Source: a virus (lineage: Duplodnaviria > Caudoviricetes). Taken from it: a DNA stretch of 25,822 nucleotides. Shown piece by piece: positions 10,497 to 18,366 of this stretch; positions within the stretch are counted from its first letter, which is position 1, and each line of letters opens with the position of its first letter. Where the stretch lies: the IMG/VR virus record IMGVR_UViG_3300011335_000211, positions 1-25,822 of that record, one strand, 5' to 3'. The translations under genes and the position numbers were made by a program. The notes under the pieces were generated by a model. That model was not told the origin of the DNA. It worked only from the letters and a program-made list of their open reading frames with translations, and searched no databases.

Positions 10497-11037
10497 ATTC
10501 TACTGTTTCGGTAGGCACATCCTCTACTTGTTTTTTTATTTTGTTAGCAACAAACATAATGTAAGGGATGCATAACTCTGCTTTCAACTTTCTTATGTGC
10601 TTAGACTTTAACTTAAGGTGAGCTTCTGTATAGTGCTCTGCTTTGGTAAGGTGATCTGCTTTAAACATTACAGCCATCATATCTGATATGTATCCCTTCT
10701 GTTTGTGGATGGCTATCTTTTCTATTAGCTTTGTTTCTCTTACTGTTAGCTTTAACTCTGCAGTATAGGTGTAGCCATCTAGCTCTAGTGTACCTACAGG
10801 CTCAGTATTTGCCATTGGTTCCTGAGCAGAATTAAACTCTTTAACAATATCAATAAAATCTGCTATATCAAAATCAAAGAACTCACTTTCAGGGATGCCT
10901 AAAAATTCAAAGATTTGCAGATGCCTATCCACAGGGTCCAGCTCTTTATTATTGTTAATATCTGTAATTGCTTCGAACTGCTCAATAGTTAGCTCTTCAA
11001 TTCTGTTGGGGATCTCCCTTCCTAAAATAGTTACCAT
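10471..11037 (-). CDS. Acidic hypothetical protein, probable tail assembly chaperone (paralogue 1)
   Basis: 188 aa. Starts IPNRIEELTIEQFEAI, similar to the downstream gene. Preceded by a minus-strand TATATTTG box. Confidence 0.6.
   Translation of the reverse strand: MVTILGREIPNRIEELTIEQFEAITDINNNKELDPVDRHLQIFEFLGIPESEFFDFDIADFIDIVKEFNSAQEPMANTEPVGTLELDGYTYTAELKLTVRETKLIEKIAIHKQKGYISDMMAVMFKADHLTKAEHYTEAHLKLKSKHIRKLKAELCIPYIMFVANKIKKQVEDVPTETVEYVPTETVE
10474..10521. repeat. 24-bp tandem duplication
   Basis: Core ACTGTTTCGGTAGG at 10478-10491 and 10502-10515. Encodes DVPTETVE/YVPTETVE on the minus strand. Confidence 0.9.
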
Positions 11038-11048
11038 AGTTAATTTTT

Positions 11049-11082
11049 TTACAAATATAAGAATTATTATAATATAGGTATG
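11049..11082 (+). promoter_or_regulatory. Putative late promoter motif (copy 3)
   Basis: TTACA-N16-TAATATAG-GT-ATG. The 15-mer TATAATATAGGTATG is identical to the copy at 13650-13664. Confidence 0.6.
11052..11059 (-). promoter_or_regulatory. Bacteroidota-type -7 promoter box (TATATTTG) for the minus-strand gene pair
   Basis: CAAATATA on the plus strand, 14 nt upstream of the minus-strand ATG at 11037. Confidence 0.65.
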
Positions 11083-12042
11083 GCAAAAGATAATCTACCT
11101 GTTTACAAAATTACTATAGATCCTGAATACTCTGAAAATGGGGAGGACCTTGGTATAGAACAAATAGCTTTTACATCCACTCCTGCTATCAAAGTAATGG
11201 GTATGGCTTTCAATAGTCAGGTTAAGCCTATGATATTTACAGATGATGTTAAGTATCGTATAGTGGCACCTGCTCTTATCCCTATGGAGATCTATAGAAA
11301 AGATGATGAGGATGGCAAAGAGTACTATGTTAAATTTACCATAGAAGAGATAGAGAAAATTCATGCAAAGTTTATGAAGGACATGTCTAATAAAGACTTG
11401 TTCAATTTAGAGCATGATACTACTGAGACTGTACCTGCTTATGTATTAGAAGCATGGATAGTAGATAACCCTACTAAAGATAAGGCTTACTCTTCATTTG
11501 GTATAGAAGTACCTACAGGTACCTTAATGGTAACAGCACAGGTAACTGATGTTGAGTACTATAACCATCTAGTAGATAATGATCAGGTAGGCTTCTCAAT
11601 AGAGGGATACTTAGGTATGAAATTAAAAGAGCAACAACTAAAAACTAAAATAAATATGAACAAATTACCTGATGGAGAGCACACTATCGAGGGTAAAATC
11701 TATGTTGTAGTAGACGGAGAGATTACTGAGATACGTGATGCTGAAGTAGTGGAGGCCTCTGAAGAGGTAGCCCTAGAAGATACAGTAGTAGAAGAGGAGG
11801 AAGTAGTAGAAGAGGAAGCTATGGCTGTAGATCCTGTCCTAGATGCTGAGGCAATACTAGCAATAGTAAAGCCTGCTTTAGATGCAGAAGTAAATAATTT
11901 AGTAGCTATGATAGCTGATTTAAAAAATCAATTAGAAGAGGCTCTAGTAGTAGAAACAGAAGAGGAGGTAATGGAGGAGGCTGTAGCTTTGAGCGTACAG
12001 CAAAGACTAAGTAACTTTAATAAATTTAACACAAACAAATAA
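11080..12042 (+). CDS. Prohead protease (XkdF-like) fused to acidic scaffold domain
   Basis: IVAPALIP, FNLEHD, EAWIV and GFSIEG motifs of XkdF-like proteases. Glu-rich coiled-coil C-terminus. Directly upstream of the capsid gene. Confidence 0.8.
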   Translation: MAKDNLPVYKITIDPEYSENGEDLGIEQIAFTSTPAIKVMGMAFNSQVKPMIFTDDVKYRIVAPALIPMEIYRKDDEDGKEYYVKFTIEEIEKIHAKFMKDMSNKDLFNLEHDTTETVPAYVLEAWIVDNPTKDKAYSSFGIEVPTGTLMVTAQVTDVEYYNHLVDNDQVGFSIEGYLGMKLKEQQLKTKINMNKLPDGEHTIEGKIYVVVDGEITEIRDAEVVEASEEVALEDTVVEEEEVVEEEAMAVDPVLDAEAILAIVKPALDAEVNNLVAMIADLKNQLEEALVVETEEEVMEEAVALSVQQRLSNFNKFNTNK

Positions 12043-12053
12043 AAACAAAAACA

Positions 12054-12980
12054 ATGAGAAAATTAAGATTTGACTTAAACAATGGTGCAGGGGCAACCCT
12101 TACACCCAATGCTGAGAGCTTTTACTCTCAGGCTTACCTAGGATCATCAGATATCGTAGACAACTTTCGTACTTTACCAGGTGTAAAGTTTGAGGTTAAA
12201 ATCGGTACAGTAACTTTTGGTGATATTTTACAACCATCTACATGTGCTTTTACTGCACCAACTGATCAGCTTACAGCTAAATTGATGAGTGTTTGTGCTT
12301 TATCTTCAATGGCTCAAATTTGTCAATTTGACTTAGAGCAGTCTTTTGTATCTTTACAAATGGCAGCAGGTTCAAACGGAGATTTCTCTGTAGCTAACTT
12401 CATGAACTTTTACTGGAGTGAAATGGCTAACTCTATCAATGGATCTATCGAGACTTTGAGATGGCAAGGTGATACTGGTTCTTTAACCCCTTCACTTGCT
12501 TTGTGTGATGGTTATGAGGTACAATTAGGAGCAGCTCTTTCAGGAGTTATCCCTTACACTGCTATGACAATTGCCCCTACTTTTGCTCAGATGTTAGCTA
12601 ATTTACAGGCTGCTTTTGCTTTATTACCTGCTAACATTGCATCCCGTACTGCAGATCTACGTATCTACTTACCAACTCAATTAGTAAACATCTACCGATT
12701 AGGTGTAGCAAGTGGTAACACTAATGCTTATATCACTCAGGATCTATCTTTAACTTACTTAGGTATCAAAATAGTACAGTGTCCAGGGATGTCTAATGAC
12801 CATTTGGTTATCACATTGAAGGATAATTTAGTATACTTGTTTGATGGTGAAGGTGATCCATCTGATCTACGTGCAGTAAACTTAGCTGATACAGTAGCTG
12901 AGCCTTACATTCGCACACGTGCAAATATGAAAATTGGCTTTAATTTTGTTAATCCAGGTGAGATCGTTTACGGATCTTAA
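12054..12980 (+). CDS. Major capsid protein
   Basis: 308 aa, follows the protease/scaffold gene, strong A-rich start context, followed by a hairpin. LRWQGDT...CDG and YLGIKIVQCPGM patterns resemble Bacteroidota phage capsid proteins. Confidence 0.8.
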   Translation: MRKLRFDLNNGAGATLTPNAESFYSQAYLGSSDIVDNFRTLPGVKFEVKIGTVTFGDILQPSTCAFTAPTDQLTAKLMSVCALSSMAQICQFDLEQSFVSLQMAAGSNGDFSVANFMNFYWSEMANSINGSIETLRWQGDTGSLTPSLALCDGYEVQLGAALSGVIPYTAMTIAPTFAQMLANLQAAFALLPANIASRTADLRIYLPTQLVNIYRLGVASGNTNAYITQDLSLTYLGIKIVQCPGMSNDHLVITLKDNLVYLFDGEGDPSDLRAVNLADTVAEPYIRTRANMKIGFNFVNPGEIVYGS

Positions 12981-12991
12981 TATTAATTCAT

Positions 12992-13011
12992 AGAGGGGGG
13001 CAACCCCCTTT
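12992..13011 (+). terminator. GC-rich hairpin after capsid gene (partial terminator or stabiliser)
   Basis: AGAGGGGG-GCAA-CCCCCTTT: GNRA tetraloop with only a short T tract. Confidence 0.65.
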
Positions 13012-13029
13012 ATATAAAACTATATAATC

Positions 13030-13575
13030 ATGCCAACAACATGCCAGGCCTTAGAGGCCATTTTAAAAAGTTGCGATTCTAACAGTGGAGGTATCTATGG
13101 AATATGGATAACCCCTCAAGATAACATTGCATCTATCACCCCTACAAATCCATCTGCAGGTGCAGCATGGGATATTACAGCTATAACTCTAGCAGCTCCA
13201 CTTGTGTTATTTGAAAACTTTTACATTCGTAGGAATACATCTAGTTTTACAGAAGAGGCTGCTATTGATTTAATCAATGGATCATCTTTTGTTACTGCTA
13301 CTATCTCTTTAATGTTTCAACGTAGAGAAGCTGATAAGTCTAGATCTATTAAAATTCTTGGATCAGGACAGCAGTATCTTACTGCTATTGTTTTAGATGC
13401 TAATGGTCTTTATTGGTACTTCCCTTACTTACAAGTTACAGGTGTAGCTGAAGGATCAGGTACTGCTCGTGCAGATGGTTCTAAATACGCTGTTACTTTA
13501 CTTTCGGAGAATGAGTACTTAGCTTATGAGGTAACTATGAGTACTGGTGCTTTAGCTGCTATCGGAGTATCTTAA
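13030..13575 (+). CDS. Major tail tube protein
   Basis: 181 aa with C..N.GGI, AIVLDANGLYW and SGTARADGSKYAVTL patterns. Follows the capsid gene and ends at a strong terminator. Confidence 0.7.
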   Translation: MPTTCQALEAILKSCDSNSGGIYGIWITPQDNIASITPTNPSAGAAWDITAITLAAPLVLFENFYIRRNTSSFTEEAAIDLINGSSFVTATISLMFQRREADKSRSIKILGSGQQYLTAIVLDANGLYWYFPYLQVTGVAEGSGTARADGSKYAVTLLSENEYLAYEVTMSTGALAAIGVS

Positions 13576-13597
13576 TATCCTTAACACGCTTAAAATT

Positions 13598-13624
13598 AGC
13601 CCTGCAATTAGTGGGGCTTTTTTT
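13598..13624 (+). terminator. Rho-independent terminator
   Basis: AGCCCTGC-AATTA-GTGGGGCT followed by a T run. Confidence 0.85.
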
Positions 13625-13630
13625 ATTTCT

Positions 13631-13664
13631 AAACATTTGAGTAACATCATATAATATAGGTATG
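13631..13664 (+). promoter_or_regulatory. Putative late promoter motif (copy 4)
   Basis: AAACA at 13631-13635, TAATATAG at 13652-13659, then GT-ATG. Lies immediately after a terminator. Confidence 0.65.
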
Positions 13665-14012
13665 ATATACATTGAACAGGGAGTGATTAACCAGGTAGTG
13701 TTAACCTTAACAGAGGTTACAACTGTACCCACCCCTCACTATCTATTTGCTTTCACTAATGAAATGAATACTACAAGTAGCACTCAGTTATTTACTACTG
13801 CAGATACTAGCTCATACCCTGAAAGGTACAATCTTTTTGTACTTGATGAGCCTGTAGATATTATTTTAAAGCAAGGGCAGTTTATATATCAAATTTATGA
13901 AAGCTCAGTACCCTATGTACTACCTTTAACTATTGCACAGTCCACAGGAGTGGTGATAGAAGAAGGTAGGATGGTGGTAAGTGGGCCAGTAGGCACCTCA
14001 ATATACGATTAA
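13662..14012 (+). CDS. Hypothetical virion protein
   Basis: 116 aa beta-rich ORF heading the portal operon. Confidence 0.6.
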   Translation: MIYIEQGVINQVVLTLTEVTTVPTPHYLFAFTNEMNTTSSTQLFTTADTSSYPERYNLFVLDEPVDIILKQGQFIYQIYESSVPYVLPLTIAQSTGVVIEEGRMVVSGPVGTSIYD

Positions 14013-14014
14013 CT

Positions 14015-15301
14015 ATGGCATGGTATAATAATTTTTTTAAGAAAGAGAGCACAGGACCTGAAGTGGTGGAGGGATATCAATCTTTTAGCACCCCATTCTT
14101 ACCTGTAGGTAAAGGTGATTTATCCCTGCCCTATGTTAATGGTAGATATGCCACTAATATGTGGGTAAGATTTGGTAATGATAACCTATATCCTCAGCTA
14201 CTTAATCAAATGTACTTTTCTAGCCCATTACATGGTGCCATAGTAGACTATAAGACTAATGCAGTGATAGGTGGTGGCTTTGCTTTGGCAACTGACAAAC
14301 TTACTACTCCTGAAAAGCTACAGCTTTATATGTTTGAAAGGAAAACTAAATTAAAGCATATTGTTAAGGCTGTAACAAGGCAACTTATTGTACACAATAG
14401 AGTATATTTCAAGCTGTTTTTTGATAATGAAAAGAAATTAGTTAAGATAGAGAATGTATCACCTGAGAAAGTAAGGATATCACGTTTTAATGATATGTAT
14501 TATTTATGTGAGGACTGGAGTACTAACATAGATGTAAGACAAATAAAGCCTTATCACGTAGCATGCCCTGACTATGAGCAGTTATATTGCTATGAGATTA
14601 AATCACTAGGGCAGGATTACTATTCACTACCACAATATACCTCAGCTTTAAACTTTGCTTTCTTATCAGGCGAGCTCAGCTACTTTGCTAAGTCTAATAT
14701 ACAAAACTCTGTTTTTCCATCTTTTGCTATGATGTTTCCTAAGAGGCCACAATCTGAGGAGGAGAAACACATGATTAAAGAAACTATTGATAGAATGAAA
14801 GGGGCTGCTAATGCTGGTAAAGCTGTTGCTTTCTTTGCTAACTCACAGGATCAGTTGCCTAAGATAGAAGCCATGCCAACTAATGGTAATGATAAGTTAT
14901 TTCAGGAAGCCTCACAGCTTAATACAGAACAGATTTGTTTTGCTCACACTATAGATCCTATCTTAATGGGAGTACGTACTACAGGAAGCCTAGGAGGTGG
15001 TGCAGATATTAAGCAGGCCTATGTGATATTTGAGAAGAATGTAGTAATGGAGCTAAGAGGATGTGTTGAGCACATATTCAACGAGTTACTAACCATCTCC
15101 AAGATACCTGCTAATTTTACTATCAATAACTTTCAGGTAATAGATGAGAGCATAGTAGAGCTAGAGGGTGATGCTTCCAGGATCAACAACCTTATCAGTG
15201 CTATGCACCCAACTGTTGCTCAGAAAATACTAGATAATATGACAGTAAATGAGATACGAGCTCTAGCTGATTTACCTCCACTTAATAACACCCCTGCATA
15301 A
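14015..15301 (+). CDS. Portal protein
   Basis: 428 aa with FGNDNLYPQ, SPLHGAIV, GAANAGK, QICFAHTIDPILMG and MTVNEIRALADLPP (cf. portal T.NE.R...GL.P) patterns. Confidence 0.85.
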   Translation: MAWYNNFFKKESTGPEVVEGYQSFSTPFLPVGKGDLSLPYVNGRYATNMWVRFGNDNLYPQLLNQMYFSSPLHGAIVDYKTNAVIGGGFALATDKLTTPEKLQLYMFERKTKLKHIVKAVTRQLIVHNRVYFKLFFDNEKKLVKIENVSPEKVRISRFNDMYYLCEDWSTNIDVRQIKPYHVACPDYEQLYCYEIKSLGQDYYSLPQYTSALNFAFLSGELSYFAKSNIQNSVFPSFAMMFPKRPQSEEEKHMIKETIDRMKGAANAGKAVAFFANSQDQLPKIEAMPTNGNDKLFQEASQLNTEQICFAHTIDPILMGVRTTGSLGGGADIKQAYVIFEKNVVMELRGCVEHIFNELLTISKIPANFTINNFQVIDESIVELEGDASRINNLISAMHPTVAQKILDNMTVNEIRALADLPPLNNTPA

Positions 15302-15867
15302 TGCTATACTTCATAACAGAAACTTATCTTAAAGTTAATACTCCTATCACAGCTAATGTGGATGTTACTGATGTAACACCATACATAGCTACTCAGGCAG
15401 CCTTAAGGATACAGCCTATTTTAGGCACTACTTTCTATAACTATTTGCTTGCAGCGTACAATGCTCAGACACTTAACCCTGATGAGGTAGATTTAGTAGA
15501 GTTTATACAGCCAGTGATAGCTTGGAGATCTGCAGAGGATGCTGTTTTTGGACTTACCTACCAACTTAAGAACAAAGGACTACAAACACAATCAGGTGAC
15601 TACTCAGCTAGTGTATCTCGTAATGAGGTAGCCTTTGGGATGGAGCACTACGCACAGAAAGCTAGCTTTTTTGAGCAGAGACTTATTAGATGGTTGCTAA
15701 CTAACAGAGCACTGTTCCCTCAGTTTATATCTACCACTAACATGGATACTGATCTTAGGCCTATGTTTAATAACTGTAGCTGTATCACCCAATGGCAAAC
15801 AACTTGCACTGGTATGTGTGGCAACTTCAGAGAGAATGGATATAACAACTCTATACTTATCTTATGA
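15301..15867 (+). CDS. Probable head-tail adaptor/connector protein
   Basis: 188 aa helical protein coupled to the portal gene (TAATG). AQ..RIQPILGT.FY pattern. Confidence 0.6.
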   Translation: MLYFITETYLKVNTPITANVDVTDVTPYIATQAALRIQPILGTTFYNYLLAAYNAQTLNPDEVDLVEFIQPVIAWRSAEDAVFGLTYQLKNKGLQTQSGDYSASVSRNEVAFGMEHYAQKASFFEQRLIRWLLTNRALFPQFISTTNMDTDLRPMFNNCSCITQWQTTCTGMCGNFRENGYNNSILIL

Positions 15868-16355
15868 GACTACAGCTAGCCATCTTATTAGCCTCAATTA
15901 AACAATACATTATTCAATTATTAGCAGTAGTATCAGCTTTCTTTTTGCCTATATCAGGTATCTTATTTTTAATTGGCTTTGCTATTTTGGTGGATACTAT
16001 TACAGGGATATGGAAGGCTAAAAAATTAAAACTAAAAATTACATCACGTAGACTATCTGCTATCATATCTAAACTACTACTTTATGAGGTGGCTGTAATT
16101 GGCTTCTATCTTATAGACTTTTGGATCCTTAATGATATTATCTTAAAGTTTTTTTCAGTGCCTCTAATGCTTACAAAAATACTTAGCCTGATCCTGGTGA
16201 GCATAGAAGTGATGAGCATAAATGAAAATTACAAAGCAGTGAAAGGTATAGACATTTGGCAGGGTATGAAAAACTTATTTGCCAGGGCTAAAGAAATTAA
16301 ATCAGATCTCAATGGACTTAGACATAACCAAGATAATACAACACCGATTATCTAA
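15864..16355 (+). CDS. Holin (Phage_holin_4-like)
   Basis: Several hydrophobic segments, DTITGIWKA and EVMSINEN motifs, directly upstream of the endolysin. Confidence 0.85.
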   Translation: MRLQLAILLASIKQYIIQLLAVVSAFFLPISGILFLIGFAILVDTITGIWKAKKLKLKITSRRLSAIISKLLLYEVAVIGFYLIDFWILNDIILKFFSVPLMLTKILSLILVSIEVMSINENYKAVKGIDIWQGMKNLFARAKEIKSDLNGLRHNQDNTTPII

Positions 16356-16959
16356 AGATCAATACGTAGATGAGCTTACTGACAAGAGACAGATCTATTT
16401 GCACCATACTGCAGGTGGACCTGATGCTGTATCTGTAGCTAAATTCTTTAATCAGAAAGTAGGTAAGGTAGCCACTGCTTTTATCATAGGTTCTAAGGGT
16501 ACAATAGTACAGTGCTTCAGCTCAAAAAATTGGGCTTATCACCTGGGCCTTAAACAAGAGGTATTTAGTGAAGCAGGAGTAACTTACAGGAGCTTGGATA
16601 GATTATCTGTAGGGATAGAGATATGCAACTATGGACCACTAACTAAAAAGAACGGCTACTACTACAACTATGTAGGAGGTAAAGTAGATTATACTCAGCT
16701 TACTATCTTAGACAAGCCATACAAAGGGCACATATACTGGCAAATGTATACGGATGAACAAATAGAGAGCACTAGACAGCTTCTAGTGTACCTTTGTGAT
16801 CAGTACAATATCCCTAGAGATTACTTTGCTAGCATATTTGATATAGACAAAAGAGCTTTGAGGGGTGAGACAGGTATATTTACACACAATAGTGTGAGAA
16901 AAGATAAGAGTGACATCTATCCCTGCCCTAGAATGATAGCAATGCTAGAGAACTTATGA
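16312..16959 (+). CDS. Endolysin, N-acetylmuramoyl-L-alanine amidase (Amidase_2)
   Basis: Zn-amidase motifs IYLHHTAG, SVGIEICN and THNSVRKDKSD. ATG 16312 is preferred over TTG 16279. Confidence 0.9.
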   Translation: MDLDITKIIQHRLSKDQYVDELTDKRQIYLHHTAGGPDAVSVAKFFNQKVGKVATAFIIGSKGTIVQCFSSKNWAYHLGLKQEVFSEAGVTYRSLDRLSVGIEICNYGPLTKKNGYYYNYVGGKVDYTQLTILDKPYKGHIYWQMYTDEQIESTRQLLVYLCDQYNIPRDYFASIFDIDKRALRGETGIFTHNSVRKDKSDIYPCPRMIAMLENL

Positions 16960-17402
16960 GATACATCCTACCAATTATAGCACTATGCCTATTAGGCTCC
17001 TGCTCAAATGCTAAAAAAGCACAATACCACTACAAAAAAGCTGTTAAGTTTGGCTTGCAGTTAGTACAGGATAGCGATACTATTAGAATAATATCAGTGG
17101 ATAGCCTACCAGTGGTGGTAAATGATACTATCATATGGGAGAAGGTAATCAGAACTAAAGATACTATTATCAATTTTAAGAATATCTATGTACCTAAGAC
17201 CAGGTGGCAAACTAGAATTGAGTACAGATATAAAACGCAACTTGTAAAGCAGGATGTACTGAAATATAAGTACATATATAAAACAGAAAAAAAGCAGAAA
17301 GCCAAAACTAATTGGATGCTGTTTGTATATGGGCTAATAGCAGGATTTGTAGTAAGTTTTGTGCTCAGAATACTTGACAAACTATACAACCCCTTTAAAT
17401 AA
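16956..17402 (+). CDS. Lipoprotein with C-terminal TM helix, candidate unimolecular spanin
   Basis: Signal peptide with lipobox LLGSC and C-terminal hydrophobic WMLFVYGLIAGFVVSFVL. Coupled to the endolysin gene by ATGA overlap. Confidence 0.65.
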   Translation: MRYILPIIALCLLGSCSNAKKAQYHYKKAVKFGLQLVQDSDTIRIISVDSLPVVVNDTIIWEKVIRTKDTIINFKNIYVPKTRWQTRIEYRYKTQLVKQDVLKYKYIYKTEKKQKAKTNWMLFVYGLIAGFVVSFVLRILDKLYNPFK

Positions 17403-17406
17403 CTTT

Positions 17407-18285
17407 ATGATTAGACACTCAAAAAATGTTCATGAGCTTTCACTAGAAGGCCTTGAAGTAAGGATAGCTATGCTTAGTGATTTGCACTGGGATAACCCAC
17501 ACTGTGATAGAGATTTATTAAAGAGGCACCTAGACTATTGCTTAGAAGAGAATATACCTGTAATTATTAATGGTGATATGTTCTGCTTAATGCAGGGGAG
17601 GGGTGATAATAGGAGAAATAAATCTGATATAAGACCTGAGCACAATAATGCTATGTATTTAGACTCTATCGTCAATACAGCTGTGGAGTGGTTTATGCCC
17701 TATGCTCATATTATTAAATTAGTAGGCTATGGTAACCATGAAACTGCTATAATCAAATTTCAAGAAACTGATATCCTGCAGCGTTTTGTGGATAATATAA
17801 ATTTTAGAGCAGGATCTAATATGCAGTTAGGTGGTTATGGTGGATGGGTAGTAATTAAGCAATCTACTAGTAAAAGTAATACCACATCCTTCTCTACTAA
17901 GATTAAGTACTTCCATGGATCAGGTGGTGGTGGGGTAGTTACCAAAGGTGCTATCAATTTAACCAGGGCCTTGGAGCTTTATGAGAACTTTGATGTGTTT
18001 AGTATGGGCCACATCCATGAGAACAGTAGCAGGAATGATGTAAGAGATAAATTGGAAACACACTCAGCATCAGGATACGCTTTGAAGCAGAAACAAATAC
18101 ACCTAATGCTCACAGGTACCTATAAAGAGGAGTATGGTGATGGATCTAAAGGATGGCACGTAGAGAGAGGTGCACCCATTAAGCCATTAGGTGGTAGGAT
18201 ACTCACCATTAAATGTATAAGAGATAGTAGATCAGGAGATAAAAAAACTATAAAATATATAGATAGTCACAAATTTAATATGTAA
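17407..18285 (+). CDS. Calcineurin-like metallophosphoesterase
   Basis: All five motifs present: SDLH, NGD, GNHE, FHG, GHIH. ATG 17407, just after the upstream stop, is preferred over GTG 17359. Confidence 0.85.
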   Translation: MIRHSKNVHELSLEGLEVRIAMLSDLHWDNPHCDRDLLKRHLDYCLEENIPVIINGDMFCLMQGRGDNRRNKSDIRPEHNNAMYLDSIVNTAVEWFMPYAHIIKLVGYGNHETAIIKFQETDILQRFVDNINFRAGSNMQLGGYGGWVVIKQSTSKSNTTSFSTKIKYFHGSGGGGVVTKGAINLTRALELYENFDVFSMGHIHENSSRNDVRDKLETHSASGYALKQKQIHLMLTGTYKEEYGDGSKGWHVERGAPIKPLGGRILTIKCIRDSRSGDKKTIKYIDSHKFNM

Positions 18286-18294
18286 GTTTGCACT

Positions 18295-18366
18295 GGTTAA
18301 TACGCCCAATGTGTTACCACAACCCCTCTGCATCTTTGGTTAGTTTGGCAGGGGGGTATTTTTTTG
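18295..18366 (+). ncRNA. Candidate ~70-nt small RNA / terminator hairpin with antisense loop
   Basis: TAAGTTTG box at 18283-18290, small hairpin 18294-18319, 10-bp stem 18322-18331/18348-18357 with a 16-nt loop, then a T run. Confidence 0.5.
18322..18365 (+). terminator. Rho-independent terminator closing the late/lysis region
   Basis: ACCCCTCTGC...GCAGGGGGGT followed by ATTTTTTT. Confidence 0.7.

Noticed and set aside
10525-10545. Slippery A-AAA-AAA (ATA AAA AAA) near the end of minus-strand paralogue 1, suggesting a lambda G/GT-type frameshift
   Set aside because: The downstream gene is in the +1 frame and that frame has two TAG stops between the A run and its ATG. The -1 frame also stops within about 20 codons. 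No fusion results.
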